From Gemmatimonadota bacterium (GTDB lineage: Bacteria > Gemmatimonadota > Gemmatimonadetes > Gemmatimonadales > GWC2-71-9), in the NCBI GenBank assembly GCA_039588335.1, contig JBDGZZ010000022.1, forward strand, positions 1,963-65,962: 64,000 bases of DNA. The letters are read 5' to 3'. This document shows, one piece after another, positions 55,261 to 64,000 of the stretch (the stretch's first letter is position 1; the number at the start of each line of letters is the position of its first letter). The notes under the pieces are model-generated. The model did no database searches, had not been told where the DNA came from, and was given only the letters and a program-made list of their open reading frames with translations. The position numbers were made by a program, and so were the translations under genes.

Positions 55261-55636
55261 GATTTTGACACTCCTTCTTGCGAAACAGGTGAAAAGACAA
55301 ACGCCGGAACGGCCCTGGGCCGTCCTCGGCATGTACGGATCTTGTGGTTGTGACACAACAGTGCGGCCCGACTCGGCTGGCAACGATGAGCTAAATCACA
55401 GTTCTTCGGGTCATTGTCCTTGGGATATGTTCGGTGGGATATTATGTGAAGGCCTTTAAATATTGCAATGACAAGTGCTTAGGTGAAGGCCCTTAATGTG
55501 GATAATAGGTGAACCCTGGGATTTGCGACCGAACTTGTAAGTCGATTCGTGGCGGTGCGGGCCCCGCGATGGCCTGGCCGGAAGGGTCAGTGTTACATAC
55601 CGTGTGCAGGCGCTTTGTCGACTGAGGATTCTGAGT

Positions 55637-56839
55637 ATGAGCGATAATCGAAGAGTCTTTTCTGTAACGTTCCTGGTTCTTGCAGCAACGCTGGCTGTCC
55701 CCTCGTTCATAACGGCTCAGGTAGCGACCCCGAGCAGGGCTCGAATTGCGGAATCGACGTTTGCAGGACCGCTGGCCCGATTCGAGGAGCAGCTCAAACT
55801 CGATGTGGAGCAGGACGGGGTAGGGGCAGTCACGGCTGCAGTCATGATCGGAGATTCACTGGTGTGGGCGAGGGCCTTTGGCTGGGTGGATCGCGAGGCG
55901 GAGCGTGCGGCGGAGATAGAGACAATCTACCGAACGGGGTCGATCTCAAAGACCTTCACGGCGGTCCTGTTCATGCGATTGGTGGAGCGGGGAACCGTTG
56001 GCCTGGACGATCCGGTCGTAACATATCTGCCGGAGTTTGAGTTACTGGATGGGCCGCCTGAGGAGGTCCGATCCATCACGCTGCGTCAGCTCGCTAGTCA
56101 CACAGGTGGTCTGATCAGGGAACCGGGTTTGGAGCACGCTGCGGCTGGCCCGATTGACCGCTGGGAGTCAAAGGTCCTCCAGTCCATTCCGATCACTTCG
56201 CTTCAGTCCACTCCCGGTGCGGAGTATTCCTACTCGAATATTGGCTTCGGCATACTGGGCCTGGCGCTTTCGAGGGCCGCAAACAGGCCGTTCATGGAGC
56301 TGGTGCGAGAATTCGTGTTTGATCCGTTGGAGATGCGGAGTAGTACTTTTGTCGTTCCTCCGGGACTGGAAAGCCGCTTGGCTGTGGGCTACGCCAACCG
56401 ACCCGATGGCAGCGTCAACGCTGAGCTGCCTGCTTTGGAGCATTCTGGGCGCGGCTATAAGGTGCCCAACGGCGGAGTCTACTCCACGGTGGAAGACCTG
56501 GGGCAGTTCATGGCAGGATTGAGTGGCAGTTCAGCCACGGAACTCCTATCCGCCGACAGCAGGCGAGAGATGTTAGCTGTCCAGACTCCGGAAAGTCCGA
56601 GCCGAGGATATGGCTTGGGGCTTTCATTGCGAACTACGGAAACTGGAATCTGGCTTGCAGGACACGGCGGATCGGTAGCGGGCTACAACGCTTACATGGT
56701 GTTTGACCCCGACTCCAAGATTGGTGTCGTGCTACTCAGGAACTACAACCGGGGGGAGACCAACCTAGGCCGTGCGGCGTCCGGTTTGTTGGAGGAACTC
56801 GCAAGGGGAGTGCGGGGAGCGGGCGGAGGGGAGCTGTGA
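55637..56839 (+). CDS. secreted serine hydrolase, beta-lactamase/PBP4* (class C-like) family
   Basis: Signal peptide from ATG 55637. SISKTF (SxxK) and YSYSN (YxN) motifs. Confidence 0.85.
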   Translation: MSDNRRVFSVTFLVLAATLAVPSFITAQVATPSRARIAESTFAGPLARFEEQLKLDVEQDGVGAVTAAVMIGDSLVWARAFGWVDREAERAAEIETIYRTGSISKTFTAVLFMRLVERGTVGLDDPVVTYLPEFELLDGPPEEVRSITLRQLASHTGGLIREPGLEHAAAGPIDRWESKVLQSIPITSLQSTPGAEYSYSNIGFGILGLALSRAANRPFMELVREFVFDPLEMRSSTFVVPPGLESRLAVGYANRPDGSVNAELPALEHSGRGYKVPNGGVYSTVEDLGQFMAGLSGSSATELLSADSRREMLAVQTPESPSRGYGLGLSLRTTETGIWLAGHGGSVAGYNAYMVFDPDSKIGVVLLRNYNRGETNLGRAASGLLEELARGVRGAGGGEL

Positions 56840-56847
56840 TTTCCCGT

Positions 56848-58011
56848 TCAGTGGAACTCAATAGCGTGTTTCGAAATCAAATCCCAATAGGTCAGGTAGC
56901 CTCCGTTGCGTGATTCGGTCACGAAGCTCTGTAGTGTTTGCAGCAATTGGGTGCTGTTGTAGCCCAGCACGTAGTTGGATGGGAGCCGGGAGTAACCCCG
57001 ATTGAAGTAGCTCCGGATGATCACGGAACGCTGATCGATTGGGAGTCCCTCAACCGTCTTGGCAAACGTGCCGAAGTCACCCTGACGCATCAAGTAAAAC
57101 TCGACGTTGGACGTGTACAGCCCCGAAACGGTCTGTCCTAGGCCTGCTGCGTATTCCCCGATTGCAGCCAATGCATGGGGACCAGCGAGGTTGCCAACGA
57201 CGGGAATTATGAGATTTCGATCCTGTAGCGCTTTTACGAATTGGAAGTCGTTCTCGCTGGCCAGGTAGTTTGCCTGCCGCCCAGTGAGGTCAGATTCAAG
57301 AAGGAGCTGCCGCAAGGTTGGATAGTCCCGACGGGGCGGCCGGTTGAAGCTCTGGAACCGCAGACTCAGCCCCGCGTTGATGAACGCGTCGTGGAACCGG
57401 GCGATCGTCATCAAGTCACCGGCTTCGAGGGGCAACCCGAAGCCGGTGACTCTTTCCGCAACTGTTACCCGCAGAGCCTCAACAAGAGTGAGATCGGGCT
57501 CTGTGGCGTCTACATACTCGATGAGTTCGTCAATTGACCTGGCGTCCCACTCGCCCAGGTCTCGAGGTGGCGGTCGGCCGGTGAGGAGGCACAAATACTC
57601 GATTCTGTTGTGGCCAATCTCGAAGAGCGACTTAAACAGAAGGTGCTCGAGCAGGTTGTCGCGCCGGATGTCGATTATGAATGCGACGGTCGGTCGAATC
57701 TGTGCTATGTAGGAGAAGTTCTGACCGGGACCGACACCCACGTACACGCCACCACTTACCTCCAGCTCACGCAGCTTTCCTATGACGTGGAGGTACGACG
57801 TCTCGTTCGAAATTAGATTGTCAGTGTCGAAATAGCCGCCGGGCTCGGAAAGACTCTGTATGAGTCGGGCGAACTCAGTGGTCGCGACAGCCTGCTGTGT
57901 CGACCGACTGCGGTCCGGGTCGCCCTGGCCCTCCGCGCACTGGCCGCCACAAGCGGCCAGGCCATACAGGAGCAACAGCCCCGTCTGGAGCGCATAGAAT
58001 GTATTCTTCAT
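56848..58011 (-). CDS. conserved-looking hypothetical lipoprotein
   Basis: Lipobox GLAACGG. 387 aa with normal composition. No catalytic motif recognised. Confidence 0.6.
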   Translation of the reverse strand: MKNTFYALQTGLLLLYGLAACGGQCAEGQGDPDRSRSTQQAVATTEFARLIQSLSEPGGYFDTDNLISNETSYLHVIGKLRELEVSGGVYVGVGPGQNFSYIAQIRPTVAFIIDIRRDNLLEHLLFKSLFEIGHNRIEYLCLLTGRPPPRDLGEWDARSIDELIEYVDATEPDLTLVEALRVTVAERVTGFGLPLEAGDLMTIARFHDAFINAGLSLRFQSFNRPPRRDYPTLRQLLLESDLTGRQANYLASENDFQFVKALQDRNLIIPVVGNLAGPHALAAIGEYAAGLGQTVSGLYTSNVEFYLMRQGDFGTFAKTVEGLPIDQRSVIIRSYFNRGYSRLPSNYVLGYNSTQLLQTLQSFVTESRNGGYLTYWDLISKHAIEFH

Positions 58012-58065
58012 GCTGTGGTCCCAGTGGTCCTGAATGTTCTAGGTCCCGCTATTGCACGATTCGTT

Positions 58066-59220
58066 CTACCCAAGCGCCTGTTTGAAGTCGTCTATCACGT
58101 CGTCCGTGTGTTCGATTCCAACGGATACCCTTATCAACTCGTCTGAGATCCCTGCCTTCTGGCGTTCCTCCGGCGAGAGACCCGAGTGTGATGTGGTTGC
58201 AGGCCGGGTCAGCAAGGTCTCGATGCCGCCGAGACTGGGGGCCACTATGGGCAAGCGCGTCTTTTCCATGAACTGATCCGCAGCGTCAACGCCACCGTGC
58301 AGCTCGAAGCTCAGCATTCCGCTGAATCCGTCGAACATGCGCTTGGCCAGGGAGTTTGCTGGGTGACTCTCGAGCCCTGGATAGTTGACCTTCTTCACGG
58401 CCGGATGTTTCTCCAAGAACGAAGCTATCCCAAACGCACTGCGGTTCTGGTAGGCCACTCGCACCGATAGTGTCTTGACTCCGCGATGAAGGAGGAAGCA
58501 TGCGTGTGGGTCGAGCGTGCCTCCCAAATGGTTGAGCTTGTGCGTGATCTTCGTGATCAAGTCTGCACGACCGATCACAGCGCCGGCGACGATGTCCGAG
58601 TGTCCGTTCAAGTACTTCGTGCAACTGTGAAGCGATAGGTCGAATCCCCATTCGGACGGACGGAAGTTCATCGGGCTGGCGAACGTGTTGTCAATCAGCG
58701 TGATGAGTTCGTTTTCTTTCGCGAATTCCACTACGGCTTCGAGTTCCGGCACGTCCATGAGCGGATTGGCCATGGTCTCTACGTAAACCGCCTTGGTCGT
58801 AGGCTTGAGTTTGGCTTTCCACGAGTCAGGTGCGTCGCCCTCGATGAAGTCAAAAGAAATGCCGTATTCGCCAAGGTCCTTCGTCACCAGGTCGTAGGTC
58901 CCGCCATACAGACAGTTCTGTGCCAGCAGGTGGTCTCCGGAAGAGAGGATCGTGAGCAGAGACGTCGAAATGGCCGCCATGCCGCTCGATGTTACGAGGG
59001 CCGACTCGGCGTTTTCTAACGCCGCGAGCTTGCGATGCAAGGCCAGGTGGTTTGGCGTATTGTTGAGGCGAATGTACTTGATATCATGATAGCTCTTCTC
59101 CCCGACGTACTCGAACATGGCCGACTGAAAGATCGGCATCGCCACGGCACCCCCAATTCGAGGGTTCGGCTCGCCAGCGTGGATGAGCTTGGTCTCAATG
59201 TGTCCTCGGTTTCCCGCCAT
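58066..59220 (-). CDS. Cys/Met-metabolism PLP enzyme (cystathionine gamma-synthase / beta-lyase / methionine gamma-lyase family)
   Basis: TKLIHAGE N-terminus, HSCTKYLNGHSD PLP-lysine motif. Confidence 0.85.
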   Translation of the reverse strand: MAGNRGHIETKLIHAGEPNPRIGGAVAMPIFQSAMFEYVGEKSYHDIKYIRLNNTPNHLALHRKLAALENAESALVTSSGMAAISTSLLTILSSGDHLLAQNCLYGGTYDLVTKDLGEYGISFDFIEGDAPDSWKAKLKPTTKAVYVETMANPLMDVPELEAVVEFAKENELITLIDNTFASPMNFRPSEWGFDLSLHSCTKYLNGHSDIVAGAVIGRADLITKITHKLNHLGGTLDPHACFLLHRGVKTLSVRVAYQNRSAFGIASFLEKHPAVKKVNYPGLESHPANSLAKRMFDGFSGMLSFELHGGVDAADQFMEKTRLPIVAPSLGGIETLLTRPATTSHSGLSPEERQKAGISDELIRVSVGIEHTDDVIDDFKQALG

Positions 59221-59372
59221 GGGCTGTCCGTGCCTCCTCCGTCACCAAGGTGTTGGATGTGGGCTGCAGCAAGATCACAATTTAACTGTTTGAGCGTGGA
59301 CTGCCGACATTCTCCAGTGTCGATTAGCTTCAGGCGTCTCCCTCTCGTTCGGTCTAGCCTCTGGAGCGTTGG

Positions 59373-60428
59373 ATGACGTGGCGTGGTGTAATAGAAGAGT
59401 TCCGTGACTACCTCCCGCTCGATCCGAGCATCAATGCTGTCACACTCCTGGAGGGAAACACGCCACTGCTGGAGGCCCCCAGGTTGGCGCAAATCCTTGG
59501 GTTTGAGGGCCGGTTATTCCTCAAGTGCGAAGGTCAGAATCCCACTGGCTCCTTCAAGGACCGGGGCATGACCGTGGCCATCTCGGCGGCCGTGACACAG
59601 GGAGCGGAGGCGGTGATCTGCGCATCTACCGGCAACACATCGGCCGCGGCCGCAGCCTACGCTGCCAAGGCGGGGATGCAGGCTTTTGTCATCGTGCCTG
59701 ATGGAAAGGTCGCGGCAGGGAAGCTCAGTCAGGCCGTGGTGCACGGTGCGCGGGTCGTTGCCATCTCGGGAAGCTTCGACGACGCGCTCACGATAGTGAG
59801 CGAGGTAGCGAAATCAGGTCGCGCGATAGTGGTGAACTCGATCAACCCCTATCGGATTCAAGGGCAAAAGACCGCCGCCTTCGAAATCTGTGGAGCGTTG
59901 GGGGGTGTGCCAGACTACCACTTCCTGCCCGTGGGGAACGCCGGTAACATCACGGCGTACTGGCTCGGATATCGGGAGTACCATGAGGCTGGGATCACGG
60001 ACCGGTGGCCAAGGATGATGGGATTCCAGGCCGAGGGCGCGGCGCCGATCGTACTAGGGCATGTGGTTACGGAACCCGAGACTGTGGCCACTGCGATCCG
60101 AATCGGGAATCCGGCAAGTTGGGAGGGCGCGGCAAAGGCGCGCGACGAGTCCGGTGGATTGATTGCATCGGTCACCGATGCGGAGATTCTGGAGTGTTAT
60201 CGTGCGGTGGCAGCAACTGAAGGCGTCTTCTGCGAACCGGCGTCTGCGGCCTCGTTGGCCGGACTCAAGAAGATGGTTGGCACAGGCAAGATGGAACCGT
60301 CCGCGACCGTTGTCTGCACACTCACCGGCCACGGACTCAAGGACCCGGATACCGCTACCTGTGAGTCTCCCGCGCCACTAAGGGCCGGCGCGGACCTCGG
60401 CGACGTCAGCAGGGCATTGGATCTGTGA
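59373..60428 (+). CDS. thrC: threonine synthase
   Basis: LLEGNTPLL, NPTGSFKDRG and GNAGN motifs; 351 aa. Confidence 0.9.
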   Translation: MTWRGVIEEFRDYLPLDPSINAVTLLEGNTPLLEAPRLAQILGFEGRLFLKCEGQNPTGSFKDRGMTVAISAAVTQGAEAVICASTGNTSAAAAAYAAKAGMQAFVIVPDGKVAAGKLSQAVVHGARVVAISGSFDDALTIVSEVAKSGRAIVVNSINPYRIQGQKTAAFEICGALGGVPDYHFLPVGNAGNITAYWLGYREYHEAGITDRWPRMMGFQAEGAAPIVLGHVVTEPETVATAIRIGNPASWEGAAKARDESGGLIASVTDAEILECYRAVAATEGVFCEPASAASLAGLKKMVGTGKMEPSATVVCTLTGHGLKDPDTATCESPAPLRAGADLGDVSRALDL

Positions 60429-60446
60429 GAGGGGGATGATTTCACC

Positions 60447-61253
60447 ATGAGGTTCGCTGTTTGTGAGGCATCACCTCAGTTGATACATGCCGACGATGGC
60501 TGGAAGCAGATTGCAGGCCAATGTGGCAAAGAACGACCGGACATGCTGCTTCTGAATGAGATGCCTTTTGGCAACTGGGTGTCGGTAGGCCCCGAGCCGA
60601 ACCGTGAGCAGCTGCTGACCTCTCACAATCTGCACGACCACGGCCTCGACCACTTGGCAGAGTTCTCCGTGCCGACCGTGTTCGGGAGCCGCCCAACGTT
60701 CGAGCAAGACCGTAGTGTCAATCAGGCCTTCGTATGGAAGAGAGATGGCAATCTGCAGGCAGTTCACACAAAACAGTTCTTTCCCGACGAACCAGGTTAT
60801 TACGAGGCGCGATGGTTTGAGCGCGGTGAACTACGGTTTGAGCTCGGGGAGGCAGATGGAATCCAGATCGGGTTCCTGACTTGCACTGACGTGATGTTCC
60901 CGGAATGGGCGCGCTACTACGGTCACAGCGGTGCCCAAGTCATCTGTGTTCCGCGGGCGACGCCGGCGCCATCGCTGGATCGCTGGAAGACGGTCATCTC
61001 GACAGCTGCGATCATATCAGGCTGCTATGTAGCGAGCTCCAACCGTGTGGGGACGGACACCAACGGGCAGGAGTTCGGAGGTGGCGGATGGATATTCGAT
61101 CCCGCCGGAGAATTGATCGCCGCAACCTCGACGCAGCATCCGGTGGCTACAGCGGAGCTGGATCTTGGGCTGGTGGAGAGGGCAAAGCAGGGATATCCGG
61201 CGTATGTAGAGGGGCTCCCTGTGGAGGCTATCACGAAGGTCCTGAGTAGGTGA
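60447..61253 (+). CDS. carbon-nitrogen hydrolase (nitrilase superfamily) protein
   Basis: Putative E-K-C triad contexts LLLNEMPF, VHTKQFFP, FLTCTDVMFPE. Confidence 0.8.
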   Translation: MRFAVCEASPQLIHADDGWKQIAGQCGKERPDMLLLNEMPFGNWVSVGPEPNREQLLTSHNLHDHGLDHLAEFSVPTVFGSRPTFEQDRSVNQAFVWKRDGNLQAVHTKQFFPDEPGYYEARWFERGELRFELGEADGIQIGFLTCTDVMFPEWARYYGHSGAQVICVPRATPAPSLDRWKTVISTAAIISGCYVASSNRVGTDTNGQEFGGGGWIFDPAGELIAATSTQHPVATAELDLGLVERAKQGYPAYVEGLPVEAITKVLSR

Positions 61254-61265
61254 AACACATGACGT

Positions 61266-61299
61266 TGGGGAGGTAACTGACAGTGCAGCTCCCTCCCCA
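61266..61299. terminator. hairpin between convergent C-N hydrolase and M14 genes
   Basis: TGGGGAGG (61266-61273) and CCTCCCCA (61292-61299) form an 8-bp stem. Confidence 0.4.
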
Positions 61300-61320
61300 G
61301 CCTTCCCGTCAATCCGCTTG

Positions 61321-64000
61321 CTACTGTCCTCCTGGTGCCTCTCCAAGCCTCACTTCCTCGGTGCCAGCCAGGTAGATGCCGTTGAACAAGAACTTGTAGG
61401 TCCCATGTGGCTGACTGCGGCGCAGGATCTCGGGTCCGAAGAGGTAGAGGGATCCGTTGCCCACCTTGGCGTCGATTATGGCTACACCGTCCTTGAGGTG
61501 TTCCTGTCCCCAGGCCCAGCCGCTGCTCAACGGATTGGCGGTGTCGAACCAGGCCACAGGAGTCACCCCCTGCGCATCGGGTTCGAGTCTGAAAACGGGA
61601 TTGCGGCTGAACGAGACCTGGATGCGCTCGTCCAGTCCCCACGCTACTGGGACAGTGTTGTCGACTGCGACTTCGAGGATCGATCCCGGAACGAAATAGT
61701 CGTCGTTGGATAACGGCCTGCCGTCCTCACCCAAGAGATGATTTCCAACCGGCACGTTCGCGTGCTGAGCCATGGCGGTAGAAGATCCGATGGTTATGAT
61801 GGTGCCCCCATTCCGGAGGAAATCGCTGAGACGTTGTACCGTGGTGTCGACACTTACGCGTCCAAGCCGGCCGCGATACTCCTCGGGGATCGAAGACAGA
61901 TCAGGTGACCCTCCCCCAAATCTGCCAGACCGCTGTCCCGCCCGCGGATCGGCGAGCGGAATCGCCCCGGGGACGAACACCAACACGTCGTATTTGTCCA
62001 AGAGGTTGCCCTCGTTCAGATCCTGAGGGAAAGCCAACTCGTACTGAAACTCGAATTGCTCCAGCACCCAGCGGGCCCAGCCGGAAGGCATGGAGCCGCC
62101 GTAACGGTCCCACAGTCCCACCTTCACGGTTCTCATCTTCAGCGCATCGCTGGCCGGAGCTGACGGCACGCCATCGAAGTCCAGGCCCAATTCTGAGGCC
62201 ATTTGCTCCAACTGACCGAGTGTGGACGCCTTTGCGTTGATGTAAACGGTGCCGGCGGGGTAGGTCTTTCCGTTGGCCTGAACCTCCTGACGCAGCCAAT
62301 ACACGTCTTCGCCATTCTTCATCAGGCGGTTGGTCGCTATGAATCCATCGTTTACACTGTGGCTTAGCATGAAGCCGGCTGCTCCGTCTGCGTTCGCAAC
62401 CGCACCGGCCAAAGGCGTCGCGTATCCCTCGATCTCCTCGAACGGTCCGTCGAACCCATCAAAGACGCGATCGAACTCAACACCCATCTGTAACGCCAGC
62501 GTCCATCCGGCGTTGTCATACGGGGCGATCGGTGGTCCGCCCGGGTATGCGAAGTCGTTGGGATGATCTTGGGGCTCGAACATGTCCATGATGTGGGGCC
62601 GAAAAGCCTGCGCTGCATGCACGACGTAAGAGCCCGCGGGATACTGCTTACCCGCCACCTCGAAGTCACCTGTCGCCTGCTCGATCTTGATCCCGTTCTT
62701 GATGAGTGCGTTCACGAATTTCGTGGCGGTAGGAAAGTCAGCCTGATCCGACGGAATGATGTATCCCCTGGGGTCTCGAGCTGCAGGGTCATGCAACACC
62801 TCGTCGTAGTAGCTGGGCGGGACGCCGCGAAACCGTCTCCCCTGCTGCTGGGATTGCACACCCTGACCTTGACTCGCCGCCGCGTTCAATGCCTCGATGC
62901 GCTCGGGGTGTACCGTCCAATGGTCCCGACTCCCCCGGTCGATCGCGTTCCTTCCCATCAGATAGATGTTGAAGAGCAGCGTTTCACGGTACCGTGACGC
63001 ATGGTCCAAAACGGCCCGGTTTGCCGTGACGGAGTAGTCTATCGACTGTCTGAAGTGCCAAACCTGGGGTCTGATGGGGTACGGAAGGTCATTACGGGGT
63101 AGCTGCCGACTCGAGATCAGAGGTATCTCTATTGGGGTCGGATTGCCGATGGTCTCCGTCAGCAGGCCAATCATGTTGTGGAAATAGACCGTCGTTCGAA
63201 GGCCGCCGTTCCACCATGTGGAATAACTGGCCCCAGATCTCATCGTGGTTCCCGGCTTGCCCTCGGCCACAAACCGGCTGTGCATCGCGGCTCCGACCAT
63301 CTCTACGCCGAGAGGAATGAGCGGATCGAAATTGTAATTGAACGGGTCGCGGAATGGCGGCGCGAACATGACGGTTCCCGCCGGGCCTGTCTGATGGTGA
63401 TTGTACACGATCTGGGGGAACCACTCTCGGAACATGATACGGGCCATGTTCTCCGTTTCTGGCTGGCTCGCCATGAAGAAGTCACGGTTGTTGTCGTGAC
63501 CGATGTACTTGTGATAGAGGCGAGGGATTCCGGAAGACGATCTGTTCTCCGGCACGGGTTCTCTCATATACCAGTTTGAGACCAGCTCCATCCCGTCCGG
63601 GTTGGCATGCACCGCGAGCACGATCACGTCATTCAGGAACCGCAACGTCTCTTCGTCAGTCTTGCTCACCAACTGATACACTGTCTCGATCAACTGATGT
63701 GCCCCCAATACCTCTGTTGCGTGCAACCCTCCGTCGATCCAGACGATTGCGCGCCCTTCTTGGGCTAGACTGCGTGCCTCCTCGTCTGTCAGCCCCTCTG
63801 CCATCGTCAGCCTTCGAGCGATGTCCTGATAGCGCCCGAGATTCGCGTGGTTTTCGGGGGACGTGATTATTGCCATCAGCTGTGTGCGGCCTTCTGCTGT
63901 CGGCCCGATCTCCTCGAGCACCATCCGTGGCGATTCCTCTGCAAGCTTGTGCCAGTAGGTTTCGAATTGAGCGTAGTTGGCAAGGTTGTAGTCGTCGCCG
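61321..64000 (-). CDS. large M14-family metallocarboxypeptidase-like protein; 5' end lies beyond the right edge
   Basis: Zn motif GGLHATEVLGAHQ. The reading frame stays open upstream of the track ATG (63924) to the window edge (GDDYNLANYAQFETYWHKLAEESPR-MVLEE...). It is a paralogue of 17559-20366. Confidence 0.85.
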   Translation of the reverse strand, partial: GDDYNLANYAQFETYWHKLAEESPRMVLEEIGPTAEGRTQLMAIITSPENHANLGRYQDIARRLTMAEGLTDEEARSLAQEGRAIVWIDGGLHATEVLGAHQLIETVYQLVSKTDEETLRFLNDVIVLAVHANPDGMELVSNWYMREPVPENRSSSGIPRLYHKYIGHDNNRDFFMASQPETENMARIMFREWFPQIVYNHHQTGPAGTVMFAPPFRDPFNYNFDPLIPLGVEMVGAAMHSRFVAEGKPGTTMRSGASYSTWWNGGLRTTVYFHNMIGLLTETIGNPTPIEIPLISSRQLPRNDLPYPIRPQVWHFRQSIDYSVTANRAVLDHASRYRETLLFNIYLMGRNAIDRGSRDHWTVHPERIEALNAAASQGQGVQSQQQGRRFRGVPPSYYDEVLHDPAARDPRGYIIPSDQADFPTATKFVNALIKNGIKIEQATGDFEVAGKQYPAGSYVVHAAQAFRPHIMDMFEPQDHPNDFAYPGGPPIAPYDNAGWTLALQMGVEFDRVFDGFDGPFEEIEGYATPLAGAVANADGAAGFMLSHSVNDGFIATNRLMKNGEDVYWLRQEVQANGKTYPAGTVYINAKASTLGQLEQMASELGLDFDGVPSAPASDALKMRTVKVGLWDRYGGSMPSGWARWVLEQFEFQYELAFPQDLNEGNLLDKYDVLVFVPGAIPLADPRAGQRSGRFGGGSPDLSSIPEEYRGRLGRVSVDTTVQRLSDFLRNGGTIITIGSSTAMAQHANVPVGNHLLGEDGRPLSNDDYFVPGSILEVAVDNTVPVAWGLDERIQVSFSRNPVFRLEPDAQGVTPVAWFDTANPLSSGWAWGQEHLKDGVAIIDAKVGNGSLYLFGPEILRRSQPHGTYKFLFNGIYLAGTEEVRLGEAPGGQ

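Noticed and set aside
55456-55710. 84-aa minus-strand ORF in the AT-rich intergenic region
   Set aside because: It has no RBS, an odd composition, and it overlaps the start of the beta-lactamase-family gene. It is more likely a regulatory spacer.
59221-59372. Possible SAM or other riboswitch in the 152-nt leader shared by the trans-sulfuration gene (-) and thrC (+)
   Set aside because: Reading both strands, I could not find the conserved SAM-I core (GAGGGA...GGCCC...GCAACC) or any other riboswitch signature I recognise, only short 5-7 bp hairpins. A covariance-model scan (Rfam) would be needed to be sure.
1-64000. CRISPR arrays, IS elements, transposases, integrases, prophage genes, tRNA and rRNA genes
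   Set aside because: No regularly spaced direct repeats were seen. No ORF has transposase, recombinase or phage motifs. No intergenic segment has tRNA-like cloverleaf potential or rRNA-like sequence. The window looks like core chromosome.

Overview
High-GC (by eye roughly 58-60%) bacterial chromosomal segment, densely coding, about 50 genes. I found no rRNA, tRNA, CRISPR array, transposase or integrase. Most of the window is ordinary metabolism. There is a sugar/trehalose/oxidative pentose-phosphate cluster (glk, otsA, GH15, pgl-zwf-gnd-pgi) and amino-acid genes (thrC, a trans-sulfuration PLP enzyme, a C-N hydrolase). There is also ferritin and a set of secreted degradative proteins: three large M14 carboxypeptidase-like proteins and a 1019-aa BNR/sortilin-like protein. 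The standout is a 15.2-kb, 12-gene, translationally coupled operon (33986-49219). It encodes KorAB, an unknown 337-aa ORF, RnfB, a 1679-aa PFOR-family enzyme carrying a C-terminal tethered ferredoxin domain, RnfCDGEA, a 57-aa Cys-rich membrane miniprotein and ApbE. The PFOR gene sits inside the rnf gene string, between rnfB and rnfC. A second korAB pair lies about 1 kb downstream on the other strand. Other notable items are a molybdopterin oxidoreductase fused in frame to a NifS-type cysteine desulfurase next to a radical SAM gene, and a frameshifted B12-binding radical SAM gene abutting a fatty-acid desaturase. There is also a vWA lipoprotein paired with a polytopic membrane protein of unknown function, and several small repeat or palindrome elements in intergenic regions. 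All functional calls come from motif recognition in the translated ORFs. No database search was possible, so every novelty statement needs a homology and gene-neighbourhood check.
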